A stretch of DNA of 64,000 nt from Candidatus Cloacimonadales bacterium (GTDB lineage: Bacteria; Cloacimonadota; Cloacimonadia; Cloacimonadales; JAIOQZ01), in the NCBI GenBank assembly GCA_963665815.1, contig OY762463.1, positions 3,136,001 to 3,200,000 on the forward strand, given 5' to 3'. Within the stretch, counting starts at the first letter, position 1, and every line of letters begins with the position of its first letter. The notes under the pieces are model-generated. The model made no database searches and had not been told where the DNA came from. It saw nothing but the letters and a program-made list of their open reading frames with translations. Shown in pieces: positions 50,036 through 59,917 of this stretch. A program made the translations under genes and the position numbers.

Positions 50036-51751
50036 ATGTTGAAAAGATTTCTGAAATACTATAAGCCACACATGAATTTGTTTATTCTGGATTTAACAGT
50101 TGCCGCTTTATCATCTGTTTTATCAATATTTATTCCTATACTTTCCCGAAAGGTTTTAAAAGTATATGTACCTGAACAGCTCATGAAACCTTTGTTTATT
50201 ACTCTGGGAATAATGGTCGCAATTATACTTGTTAAAATGATTTTGCAATATGTACGTATGTATTGGGGACATATCCTTGGAGTTAGAATGGAGTACGATA
50301 TGCGTTCAGATATATTTACACACATCCAGAAGCTTTCTTTCACATATTTTGATAATGTCAAAACCGGTCATATTATGTCCAGAATATCCAATGATCTTAA
50401 TACGATTGCAGAAGTTGCCCATCATGCCCCTGAAGATATTATCATTTCCGGTCTAACAGTTATCGGTGCTTACGCTGTAATGATTTCCTTTAATGTGAAA
50501 CTTGGGCTTATTGCTATTGTTCCTCTTCCATTAATGCTTTTCTGGGGATTGACCTATGGACTCAAAATGCGGGAAGGTTTCCGGAATGTAAGAAAAAGAA
50601 TTGCTGATATCAACAGTAATGTAGAGAACTCGGTTCAGGGAATCAGGGAAGTCAAATCATATACAAATGAAAACCTTGAAATAGAGAAATTCAATGATGT
50701 GAATACTTCTTTCAAAGTTGCCAAAGAAAAGATGTACAAGATCATGGCAACTTTCTTTTCCGGCATGTTTTTTCTTACAGATATGTTCTATGTCTGGGTA
50801 ATTGGTTCAGGAAGCTGGCTTATATATAAAGGTGAAATAGATATTGCTGATTTACTGGCATTTACTTTATATGTCAGTTTCATTATGAAACCTGTTCAAC
50901 GGGTTGTAAATTTTGTTGAACAGTTTCAACAGGGAGCAGCTTCTTTTGAAAGATTTGTAGAAATTATGGATATTGAACCGGATATCAAAGATAAAAAGAA
51001 TGCTGTAAGTATCAAAAATGTTAAGGGTGAAATAGATATTGAAAACATCTGGTTTAAGTATAATTCTTCACCTGACTGGATACTGAGAGATGTCTCCATG
51101 AAGATAGAAGCCGGGAAAACAATTGCTCTGGTTGGTGAATCCGGTGCAGGTAAATCTACACTTGTTTCTCTTATTCCGAGATTTTACGAAATTGCAAAAG
51201 GTAAGATAAAAGTGGACAGCACAGATATTCTTGATCTGAAACACAAAATTCTGAGAGAGAGTATAGGTATTGTTCAGCAGAACGTATTTCTGTTTGATAC
51301 TACTATCAGAGACAATATCTCTTATGGTAATCCATATGCAACAGAAGAACAGATTATAGAAGCTTCTCAGAAAGCTAATATATACAAGTTCATCATGTCA
51401 CTACCCGAAGGCTTTGATACTCAGGTTGGTGAAAGAGGGATAAAACTTTCCGGTGGACAGAAACAAAGAATATCCATTGCCCGAGTATTTCTCAAAAATC
51501 CGTCAATCCTGATTTTTGATGAAGCTACATCTTCTCTTGATTCTGAATCTGAAGCATACATCCAGTCAGCCATGGAAGAACTCAGTATAAACAGGACAAC
51601 CATTATTATTGCACACAGGCTTTCTACCGTGAAGAATGCAGACTATATATTCGTAATGGAACAGGGTCAGGTTGCTGAGCAGGGAACCCATGATGAGTTG
51701 ATTCAGACAGAAAAAATTTACTATAATCTATATACGAAAAATATGTTCTGA
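50036..51751 (+). CDS. ABC exporter, fused permease/ATPase
   Basis: TM domain, GESGAGKST, LSGGQKQR, IFDEATS, AHRLST. Confidence 0.95.
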   Translation: MLKRFLKYYKPHMNLFILDLTVAALSSVLSIFIPILSRKVLKVYVPEQLMKPLFITLGIMVAIILVKMILQYVRMYWGHILGVRMEYDMRSDIFTHIQKLSFTYFDNVKTGHIMSRISNDLNTIAEVAHHAPEDIIISGLTVIGAYAVMISFNVKLGLIAIVPLPLMLFWGLTYGLKMREGFRNVRKRIADINSNVENSVQGIREVKSYTNENLEIEKFNDVNTSFKVAKEKMYKIMATFFSGMFFLTDMFYVWVIGSGSWLIYKGEIDIADLLAFTLYVSFIMKPVQRVVNFVEQFQQGAASFERFVEIMDIEPDIKDKKNAVSIKNVKGEIDIENIWFKYNSSPDWILRDVSMKIEAGKTIALVGESGAGKSTLVSLIPRFYEIAKGKIKVDSTDILDLKHKILRESIGIVQQNVFLFDTTIRDNISYGNPYATEEQIIEASQKANIYKFIMSLPEGFDTQVGERGIKLSGGQKQRISIARVFLKNPSILIFDEATSSLDSESEAYIQSAMEELSINRTTIIIAHRLSTVKNADYIFVMEQGQVAEQGTHDELIQTEKIYYNLYTKNMF

Positions 51752-51777
51752 TTTCTATACACAGGAGAAAAATCTTT

Positions 51778-53892
51778 ATGAAAAAAGCATTTATATTTAT
51801 TGGTGTGATTATTATACTGACTTCTTGCAGTATTATTCGATTCGGTAGACAGACTGAACCACCGAAGCTGAAAAAAGAAATATCCTATATTGTAAACCAT
51901 GGTGATACTCTTTTTGATGAATATGCCTGGGTAAAGGATAAACTCAGACAAAATTCAGTAGTTAAAAAACACTTGCAGCAGGAGAACAGTTATACCGAAT
52001 ATATGCTGAAAGATACTGAGAAACTTCAAAAAACTCTGTTCAAAGAGTATCTTTCCAGAATACCAAAGAATGATACATCGCTTCCAACCTTAGTTGACAG
52101 TTTTTTTTACTATTGGAAGATTGATAAAAAATCTCAGTATGATACATATTACAGACGCTTGAACAGAAATGGAGCTGAAGAAGAGCTTATTCTTGATGAA
52201 AATAAACTTGCAAAAGGCTCTGAGTTTTTCACATTGGGATTCCTTTCCAAAAGTCCTGATCATAATCTGCTTGCAATGGGTATAGACAGATATGGGTATG
52301 AGAGATATCAATTGTATATAAAGGATTTATCAAAAGATGAGTTTCTTGATATAGGTGAAATTTACGCAGATGATGTTTCCTGGTTTACAGATAACAAAAC
52401 TTTCTACTATACTCTGGTAGATTCCACAGGAAGGACATTCAGAACGTTCCGCCATACACTCGGGCAGGAACTGAAAGAAGATCAAGTTGTTTTTGAGGAA
52501 AATGACAAAGCTTTCTACGTCTGGACTCACAGATCTTCTGACGATAAGTACATGCTTATCAGCTCAGGGAGCAAAACAACGACTGAAACCTGGTACCTAC
52601 CCGCAGATAAGCCATTTTCCGAACCAAAACTACTTCAATCCAGAATTCAGGATATGGAATACTATGTTGATCACAGGAATGGAAAGTTCATAATTACAAC
52701 TAATGCAGACGGTGCTTTTGATTATAAGATTGTAACCGTTGATGTTGATAATCCGAAGAAAGAGAACTGGAAAGATCTGATTCCGCATCGACCGGGAATT
52801 GTCACAGGTTGTGATGTTTTCAGGGATAATCTCATTGTGACAGAAACAGAAGATGGACTGACAAAACTAAGGATTATCAAATGGGAAGATATGTCGGAAT
52901 ACTATGTTGAAGTCAGTCAGGATGTTTATAATTTATCTTATGGTGGAAGCGCAAATTATGTGACTGACAGTATCAGGTATGGATATTCATCTTACAATAT
53001 ATTACCTAAGACATATTCACTGAATCTGAAAACCGGAGAGAAAACTCTCCTTAAAGAAAGAAAATTAAATGTTCCTTATAATGGTGATGATTATGCAACA
53101 AAGAAAGTTCTGGTAACAGCGGATGATGGTGAAAAGGTTCCTATGTTTATGGTTTATAGAAGAGATAAGATTGATTTTAAGTCTCCGGTTCCGGTTTATC
53201 TTGATGTATACGGTGCATACGGAGACAATAACACTCCCTATTTTTCATCTGCACTGATTTCTCTACTTGATAGAGGAGTTTTGTTTGCAACAGCTTCCAT
53301 ACGTGGGGGGGGAGACAAAGGAAAGCAGTGGCATATTGACGGAAGAATGCTGAAAAAGAAAAATACTTTTACAGATTTTATAAATTGTGCCGAATATTTA
53401 ATAGAAGAAGGATATACAACAAAAGATATGCTTGTTGCTACTGGTGGTTCAGCAGGAGGACTTACTGTTGGTGCTGCGCTGAATATGAAATCTGATATTT
53501 TCGGGGCTGTAATACTGGATGTTCCTTTTGTTGACCTGATGAATACAATGTTTGATCCTGAATTGTCTGCAACGGTATCTGAATATGAAGAATGGGGTAA
53601 CCCGAATATTGATGAGTATTATCAATATATGAAGAGTTATTGCCCATACACTAACATAAAAAAGAAGATTTATCCGGATATGCTGGTGTTATGTGGTTAC
53701 CACGACACGAGAGTGAATTACTGGGAACCTATGAAATATGTTGCGAGACTGAGAGATAATAAGATTGACAATAATGTTATATTATTGCATACTGATTTTA
53801 CCTCGGGACACTCTGGTGCTTCCGGGAAATATGATTATTTAAAGAGAATTGCACTTGTTCATGCATATGTGCTGACAAAAACCCTTAACTAA
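51778..53892 (+). CDS. ptrB: Oligopeptidase B (S9A) with lipoprotein signal
   Basis: Lipobox LTSC, YGAYG, RGGG, GGSAGG, EEWGNP, HDTRV, SGH. Confidence 0.9.
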   Translation: MKKAFIFIGVIIILTSCSIIRFGRQTEPPKLKKEISYIVNHGDTLFDEYAWVKDKLRQNSVVKKHLQQENSYTEYMLKDTEKLQKTLFKEYLSRIPKNDTSLPTLVDSFFYYWKIDKKSQYDTYYRRLNRNGAEEELILDENKLAKGSEFFTLGFLSKSPDHNLLAMGIDRYGYERYQLYIKDLSKDEFLDIGEIYADDVSWFTDNKTFYYTLVDSTGRTFRTFRHTLGQELKEDQVVFEENDKAFYVWTHRSSDDKYMLISSGSKTTTETWYLPADKPFSEPKLLQSRIQDMEYYVDHRNGKFIITTNADGAFDYKIVTVDVDNPKKENWKDLIPHRPGIVTGCDVFRDNLIVTETEDGLTKLRIIKWEDMSEYYVEVSQDVYNLSYGGSANYVTDSIRYGYSSYNILPKTYSLNLKTGEKTLLKERKLNVPYNGDDYATKKVLVTADDGEKVPMFMVYRRDKIDFKSPVPVYLDVYGAYGDNNTPYFSSALISLLDRGVLFATASIRGGGDKGKQWHIDGRMLKKKNTFTDFINCAEYLIEEGYTTKDMLVATGGSAGGLTVGAALNMKSDIFGAVILDVPFVDLMNTMFDPELSATVSEYEEWGNPNIDEYYQYMKSYCPYTNIKKKIYPDMLVLCGYHDTRVNYWEPMKYVARLRDNKIDNNVILLHTDFTSGHSGASGKYDYLKRIALVHAYVLTKTLN

Positions 53893-53902
53893 GAAGGTCA
53901 AA

Positions 53903-54943
53903 ATGGCAATGGATAACGTTAAAGATTCCCATATGGATTATGAAAGAGTATTAAAAAGATATTCTGGTGCTGAGCGCGCAGCAATTATGCTGATTTCTCT
54001 CGGTAAAGAGGCTTCATCTCTGGTTTTTCAGAACATGCAGCCGGAAGATGTCGAATTGCTGTCGGCAAAAGTTGCTACAATACAGACAGTTGATCCTGAA
54101 GTTACTGATGCTGTGTTTGTGGAATTCTATGAACTGATAAAAGCTCAGCAGTATATTTCACTCGGTGGTGTTGAATATGCTCGCGAAGTATTGCAGGAAG
54201 CTCTTGGAGATGCCAGAGCAAATGAGATTATCAAGAAAATCCAGAGAATGATGCAGATTAAAGGTTTCAATGTTCTTAAACAGGTGGAAGCTTCTCAGCT
54301 TCTTACATTCATCCAGAAAGAACACCCTCAGACCATTGCACTTATTCTTACTCAGCTTGAACCTTCTCAAGCTGCCAGTGTTGTTGCAGAACTTCCTGAA
54401 GAACAGAGAAATGACGTTATCATGCGTTTTGCTTCCATGGAAAGTGTATCTGAAGCAATGATTAATACTGTAGAAAAAGTACTTGAAGATCGTATTGATT
54501 TCTCACAACAGGGATCGAAATTCGGTGGTGTTACAGCTGCGGCAGAAATTATAAATATGGTTGGTTCAACAATTGAAAGATCTATTCTGGAAGCTCTTGC
54601 AGCTAAAGACCCTAAACTGGCAACGGAAATTAAAAATCTTATGTTTGTATTTGAAGATCTTATCTATCTTGATGACAGAACTATTCAGAAAGTACTTCGT
54701 GATATTGATCAGAAGGATCTTGCTCTTGCTCTTAAAGGTGCTAACGACGAAGTTAAAGATAAAATATTTAATAACATGTCAGAACGTGCTGCAAATATTA
54801 TTTCCGAAGAAATGGAATATACAGGTCCTGTAAGACTCCGAGATGTTGAGAATGCTCGTCAGAATATTCTCGATGTAATCAGGAAGCTTGAGGAACTTGG
54901 TGAAATACAGATTTCCAAGGGCGGAGAAGACTTTATAGAATAG
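53903..54943 (+). CDS. fliG: Flagellar motor switch protein FliG (full length)
   Basis: RAAIMLISLG, GGVEYAREVL, EHPQTIA, GG linker, MFVFED, NMSERAA..EE..GPVRLRDVE. Confidence 0.93.
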   Translation: MAMDNVKDSHMDYERVLKRYSGAERAAIMLISLGKEASSLVFQNMQPEDVELLSAKVATIQTVDPEVTDAVFVEFYELIKAQQYISLGGVEYAREVLQEALGDARANEIIKKIQRMMQIKGFNVLKQVEASQLLTFIQKEHPQTIALILTQLEPSQAASVVAELPEEQRNDVIMRFASMESVSEAMINTVEKVLEDRIDFSQQGSKFGGVTAAAEIINMVGSTIERSILEALAAKDPKLATEIKNLMFVFEDLIYLDDRTIQKVLRDIDQKDLALALKGANDEVKDKIFNNMSERAANIISEEMEYTGPVRLRDVENARQNILDVIRKLEELGEIQISKGGEDFIE

Positions 54944-54956
54944 GAGAGTTTTCATA

Positions 54957-55463
54957 ATGAATATTGAAAAGAAAGAACTTGGATTTGATAATATCGTTAA
55001 TTTTACTGATATATCAATACAGAAAATTTTGAAAGGCATAAATCAAACTGATCTTACAATGGCTTTGCAGGGTGCAGACAAATATCTGATAAAAAGGATA
55101 TTCAACAACATGTCTGTGAGAGCAGCGTCTATAATATCAGAATCTGTGGAGAATTTTGAAACTGCAGAACCATCAGATATTCAAAATGCCAGAAATACAA
55201 TTGAGAAACAGATTCATAATCTTGCCGAGACTAACGAAATAGATCTTTTACAGGGAAATGAAATGCAACTTGAACGTGTTAAAGTATTGAAAGATGTCGA
55301 TGACTCACAACTTCTATCTTACCTTAATAAAGAAAATCCTGAGACAATAGCACTTGTACTGAATCAAATGGATAAAGACAGAACGGCAAATATTCTTAGT
55401 ACATTACCGGAATATTTAAGAAACGAAGTTAACAGCAAGCTTGAAGAACCTGAACAAGCCTGA
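54957..55463 (+). CDS. FliG-like protein with FliG_C followed by FliG_M
   Basis: Residues ~8-97 align to FliG_C (IQKILK, IFNNMSVRAA); ~107-162 align to FliG_M (SQLLSYLNKENPETIALVL); SD AGGAG. Confidence 0.85.
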   Translation: MNIEKKELGFDNIVNFTDISIQKILKGINQTDLTMALQGADKYLIKRIFNNMSVRAASIISESVENFETAEPSDIQNARNTIEKQIHNLAETNEIDLLQGNEMQLERVKVLKDVDDSQLLSYLNKENPETIALVLNQMDKDRTANILSTLPEYLRNEVNSKLEEPEQA

Positions 55464-55481
55464 CTCACATAGGAGATAATT

Positions 55482-55826
55482 ATGACAAAACCTGCATATT
55501 GCGGATTAATCTGTGAAAACTGTGATGCCTTTATTGCATATAAAAATAATGATCAGGAGCTAAGAATTAAAACAGCAGAATTCTGGTCAGTAGAATATGG
55601 TGCAGAGATAAACCCAGATGATATCAATTGTGTTGGCTGCCATACTGCTGAAGGTGTTCATATCTCTCATTGTGCCGAGTGTAAAATTAAAGCATGTGCA
55701 GAAGGTAAGGGGTTGGATAACTGTGGTCTTTGCAAAGATTATCCCTGTGATGAAGTAAATCACGTGGTAAACTTTGTTCCTGAAGCAAAAGAGGTTCTAA
55801 ACAAGATTCACTCAGAAGCTTTCTGA
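55482..55826 (+). CDS. DUF3795 Cys-rich protein
   Basis: AYCGLICENC, CVGC, CKIKACA..KGLDNCGLCKDYPC. Confidence 0.88.
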   Translation: MTKPAYCGLICENCDAFIAYKNNDQELRIKTAEFWSVEYGAEINPDDINCVGCHTAEGVHISHCAECKIKACAEGKGLDNCGLCKDYPCDEVNHVVNFVPEAKEVLNKIHSEAF

Positions 55827-55839
55827 TTTATGATTGATT

Positions 55840-56298
55840 TTAATAGAAATTGACCTGGAAATCTTTCAGGTCTTTTTCTTTATATATGAGCTTTGCAGAA
55901 AAATGCTTATCCTCAAAAAGCCATGGGATGAATGTTTTATCACCTTCCCATAGATTCAGATCAAGCAGTTTATCTTTATCAATCCATTCCAGACTGCCTT
56001 CCGGTGAATCAATAATTTCCCCTGCAAACTCAAAAGCTCTGAACAGAAATACATACCAGTCATTCTTACCATCAAACATAGGGAATGTGATCATGCCTTT
56101 AAGAAACGGATTTTCAATTGCCAGCCCGGTTTCTTCTTTCATCTCTCGTATAACGCATTCCTCAGGAGATTCACCAGTTTCAAGCTTACCACCGGGAGCA
56201 TTCCATTTCCCTTCATGATAGTCATTTTCTTTTTTGTTTCTATACAGCATCAGAACTTTACCGTTTTTCTCAAGATAGCATAATGTTGCCAGTATCAT
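55840..56298 (-). CDS. NUDIX hydrolase, 8-oxo-dGTP diphosphatase (MutT/MutX-like)
   Basis: LATLCYL, GGKLETGESPEECVIREMKEETG, EGSLEW, LWEGD. Confidence 0.92.
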   Translation of the reverse strand: MILATLCYLEKNGKVLMLYRNKKENDYHEGKWNAPGGKLETGESPEECVIREMKEETGLAIENPFLKGMITFPMFDGKNDWYVFLFRAFEFAGEIIDSPEGSLEWIDKDKLLDLNLWEGDKTFIPWLFEDKHFSAKLIYKEKDLKDFQVNFY

Positions 56299-56356
56299 AA
56301 TTATTCCTTATTGGTTTTGAGCTAAATTAGAATTGAAGATTTATGTGTCAATAAAC

Positions 56357-56385
56357 AAAAAAAGCCCATCAGTTGGTTGATGGGC
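56357..56385 (-). terminator. Rho-independent terminator for the 100-aa gene
   Basis: GCCCATCA-N6-TGATGGGC followed by 7 T on the - strand. Confidence 0.8.
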
Positions 56386-56443
56386 AGAAAGTCAGAAGTC
56401 AGATACTTCTTTTTTTAATTTATATTATTGTACACCTGCGAAA

Positions 56444-56746
56444 TTATAAATACACTACTTCTTTGATAAAAAACATTGATGGTAACTCTCCAATAAAAGA
56501 ACTGGAAGTATCGACAAAAAATCTTTTTTTACTGGCAGATTCATTCAAAGATACTGATTCCGGATGATAGAGTATATCAAACCATAAATCATTTTTTTCA
56601 CTTTTGTTATTTCTCACAATATCTGGAGGTAATGTAGAGATATTATTTAATCCAAGTGAGTCGATAAAATGAATATTATTGGCAGAATTACCATCGTAAA
56701 ATTTTATCTTCCTGTTTTTAGTACTTATAATCTTGGGTTTCTTCAT
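56444..56746 (-). CDS. Hypothetical protein (100 aa)
   Basis: SD GAAGGA, sigma54-like promoter upstream, own terminator downstream. Confidence 0.65.
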   Translation of the reverse strand: MKKPKIISTKNRKIKFYDGNSANNIHFIDSLGLNNISTLPPDIVRNNKSEKNDLWFDILYHPESVSLNESASKKRFFVDTSSSFIGELPSMFFIKEVVYL

Positions 56747-56770
56747 ACGTTCGTCCTTCGCAAGTCAATT

Positions 56771-56788
56771 ATGCATTTTTTATGCCAA
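56771..56788 (-). promoter_or_regulatory. sigma54 (-24/-12) promoter
   Basis: TTGGCATAAAAAATGCAT = GG-N10-GC, about 25 nt upstream of ATG 56746. Confidence 0.7.
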
Positions 56789-56912
56789 AAAGAATTATTT
56801 AATTTTCTATGATAGAATTTCGGATAATTTCCGTTTAATGTTTGACTTTTACTTTTTTATTAAATGATTTGTCTTTGTTACCTGATTTTAAAATAAGGAA
56901 TTCAATATATAA

Positions 56913-58412
56913 ATGAAAATTGTAAACAATGTAAAGTATGTTAGTATGGTGTTAATCTTATTTACACTTACTTCATATTCATATGCTTTTTCTCCCCAGA
57001 AAGAGCATTTCAAGAGCGAAAAGCTTTATGATCAGTATCTTTCCTGGCGTGCCAGAGGTAATTTCGCAAGTGGATCCGGAACATACATTGCCAAGAATTT
57101 TATCAGGATGAACGTTATGGATAAGGATAAACGCCTTGTTTCACTAACATTGGATTCCGATAACTGGATTGTTTACAATATGAGAGAAAGCATCAGTATA
57201 CTGGGAGATTCATACAATCCTGTTGATTCTCTTCACAAATTCATGCTGGAATCTTTCTTTTTCAAATTCAACACTCGGGATTTCGAATATGTCAGGCAAT
57301 TTGTAACAGAGAATAACATTTCAATTAGAGATTCACGAAATAACAGTTTTCAAAGTCTGTGGAAAATTCTCAGTGATGGCAGATTTGTTCCGATTGTAAT
57401 AGAAAGAGACAATACTCCAGGCGTTTTTCTTGTTTACTACAGATCAGATGCACATTTCAAGATTGTTTTTCCTCAGGATATGCCTGAAATGAAAGTTCCT
57501 GAAGAAATTGTGGTGAAGAAGAAGAAATATTATGAGGAATTACCTCCCGAAAAGAGTAAAAGCAAAGTTATCCCCAAAAAGAGAGTTAAAACTGAAATGG
57601 AAAAACAGGAAGAAACGGATAAGCTTGACAATCTAGTGAGGAAAAGACGTAAACCACTTCCTTCAACTTACAAGGAATTCTACAATTTCTATGATGACAC
57701 TGTACCTGTAAGTCCGTCTACAACGCTAAAACAGTTTATAGATAAAAATCAGGACAAAACATTCAAGAAGAAACTACTGAATAACAAAGTAAACAATGTA
57801 ACCGATTTTCTTGCTGAACAATTTCCCGGACATCGACTGAAATCTCACGGAGGAATTCATGAACTCACTGTAGACTCATTCAGGAATATGATTTCTGGAG
57901 ATATTACTGTTGCATCTGTTGCAGATGATGATGGTGTGAATATTGTTCCGGTAAACAACTTTGATGTTAATGGAAATAGCATAGAGTTTGATAATGGTGA
58001 AAAACTTCTGATAAAAGAACTGAATAATTACGAAATAGACATGATTGCTGAAAAATTGAATTATCTGATTATGGAACATAGAATAATCGGTACAGAACTG
58101 ACAAACTTCATTGTTACCAGTAATGATGTTCCCGTGACATTATCGTTATATGAAAAAGACGAAAGAACGCTCTATGAATTTAACTCCTACTCTAACATGC
58201 TGCTTATGCTTAATACATACTGGAAAACGGAAGGCTCGTATTTCAGCTTAACGGACATCAAAAAAATAAACAACTACATTGAGCTTCACGGTACACTTGT
58301 TGTTAAAAGAGATAATGGAAAAGTTGATTTTGCCGAGTGTAAATTCCATCTTAACAAAAAATTCCAGATTGATCTGGCGATTATGGTATTGAAAACAAAC
58401 ATTGATTTTTAA
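56913..58412 (+). CDS. Hypothetical exported protein (499 aa)
   Basis: Signal peptide ending SYA, two globular-looking halves joined by a Lys/Glu/Pro-rich linker; no family recognised. Confidence 0.75.
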   Translation: MKIVNNVKYVSMVLILFTLTSYSYAFSPQKEHFKSEKLYDQYLSWRARGNFASGSGTYIAKNFIRMNVMDKDKRLVSLTLDSDNWIVYNMRESISILGDSYNPVDSLHKFMLESFFFKFNTRDFEYVRQFVTENNISIRDSRNNSFQSLWKILSDGRFVPIVIERDNTPGVFLVYYRSDAHFKIVFPQDMPEMKVPEEIVVKKKKYYEELPPEKSKSKVIPKKRVKTEMEKQEETDKLDNLVRKRRKPLPSTYKEFYNFYDDTVPVSPSTTLKQFIDKNQDKTFKKKLLNNKVNNVTDFLAEQFPGHRLKSHGGIHELTVDSFRNMISGDITVASVADDDGVNIVPVNNFDVNGNSIEFDNGEKLLIKELNNYEIDMIAEKLNYLIMEHRIIGTELTNFIVTSNDVPVTLSLYEKDERTLYEFNSYSNMLLMLNTYWKTEGSYFSLTDIKKINNYIELHGTLVVKRDNGKVDFAECKFHLNKKFQIDLAIMVLKTNIDF

Positions 58413-58422
58413 GGATAAACTT

Positions 58423-59172
58423 ATGAAATATTTTGAGACACATGCACATCTTAATTTTGAAAACTACAATCAGGATAGAGAAAAAGTAATACAAGACTCC
58501 TTCAAAGCAGGAGTAGATGGAATCATAAATATTGGTTTGAACAAAGAGACATCTCTTGAGTGTCTTGATATAGCAAAGCAATATGACAATATGTGGGTAG
58601 CAATCGGATTTCACCCATCCGAAGCCCATCTGCTGGATATGGAGTTTCTGAAAAAGCATGCTTCTAAGAAGAAAGTTGTGGCAATAGGGGAGATAGGTCT
58701 GGATTTCTACAGAATGTATCAACCTGAGAAAATACAGGTAGAAGCTTTCGAGAAACAGCTCGAGTTAGCAGTTGAACTTGATATGCCAGTGGTGATTCAT
58801 GATCGCAATGCTCACGAGAAGTGCTACGATGTTATGAAAGCGTCTGGAATTAAGAAGGCTGTATTCCACTGTTTTTCAGGAGATCTTGCTTTTTCAGAGA
58901 AAGTTATTTCACAGGGATGGTACATTTCGTTTACAGGTGCAATCACATACAAGAACAGTAAAATGGACTCGGTGATTGCAAATGTACCCAAAAATATGTT
59001 TATGATTGAAACAGATTGTCCTTTTTTGACTCCGGTACCATTCAGGGGAAAACGTAACAGTCCTCAATATTTACGGTATATAGTGGAAAAGATTGCTGAA
59101 GTTAAACAAGTTCCACCCAAAATAGTTGCTGAAACTTCCTATGATAATGCAGTGAGGTTTTTTAATCTGTAA
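58423..59172 (+). CDS. tatD: TatD family DNase
   Basis: ETHAHL, GFHP, IGEIGLDF, IHDR, FHCF, ETDCPFL. Confidence 0.94.
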   Translation: MKYFETHAHLNFENYNQDREKVIQDSFKAGVDGIINIGLNKETSLECLDIAKQYDNMWVAIGFHPSEAHLLDMEFLKKHASKKKVVAIGEIGLDFYRMYQPEKIQVEAFEKQLELAVELDMPVVIHDRNAHEKCYDVMKASGIKKAVFHCFSGDLAFSEKVISQGWYISFTGAITYKNSKMDSVIANVPKNMFMIETDCPFLTPVPFRGKRNSPQYLRYIVEKIAEVKQVPPKIVAETSYDNAVRFFNL

Positions 59173-59232
59173 GTAACGGAATAGAATTTGCTCGTTATTA
59201 TTAAAAAAAACACTATTAGTAAGGAGTAGATT

Positions 59233-59916
59233 ATGTTTTTCTTCGGAGATATGACTTTTGTACTGCTTATACCGGTTATGATATTGGCTTTCTGGACTCA
59301 GTCCAATGTTCAGTCGGTTTACCAGAAATTTAAAAGAGTACGTCACAGTTCCGGAATGAGCGGGGCACAGACTGCAGAATATATATTAAGACGAAACGGC
59401 ATAAATGATGTTTCCGTACGGGAAGTTAAGGGTACTTTAACAGATCATTACAATCCCAGAACAAAAGAAGTCTGTCTTTCCTCAGACATTTATCATGGAG
59501 CATCAATATCTTCTGTGACAATTGCGGCTCATGAAGTTGGGCATGCCATGCAGCATGCAAACGGTTATGTTCCGTTAAGCTTGAGAGCTTCAATTCTTCC
59601 TTTTGCACAATTGGGTTCAGGTGCGGCTATACCATTATTCTTTATTGGATTCCTTTTCAGTTTTCCATTTCTGATGGATTTAGGAATTATATTCTTTGCA
59701 GGAGCATTCCTGTTTCAGGTTGTGACTTTACCTGTAGAATTCAATGCTTCAGCCAGAGCAGTTAATCAGCTTTCCAATGGTATAAACATGCAAAATGAGG
59801 AAACAGTGTATTCCAGAAGAGTCTTAAGAGCAGCAGCTTTGACTTATGTTGCATCTACTCTGGTTGCTCTTGTTCATCTTATCAGGTTGATCATTCTGAG
59901 AGGTGGAAGAGACTGA
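59233..59916 (+). CDS. YugP-like membrane zinc metallopeptidase
   Basis: LTDHYNP, AAHEVGHAMQ, TLPVEFNASARA, AAALTYVA. Confidence 0.92.
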   Translation: MFFFGDMTFVLLIPVMILAFWTQSNVQSVYQKFKRVRHSSGMSGAQTAEYILRRNGINDVSVREVKGTLTDHYNPRTKEVCLSSDIYHGASISSVTIAAHEVGHAMQHANGYVPLSLRASILPFAQLGSGAAIPLFFIGFLFSFPFLMDLGIIFFAGAFLFQVVTLPVEFNASARAVNQLSNGINMQNEETVYSRRVLRAAALTYVASTLVALVHLIRLIILRGGRD

Positions 59917-59917
59917 C

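Noticed and set aside
55850-56218. 122-aa plus-strand ORF
   Set aside because: Antisense shadow of the NUDIX gene
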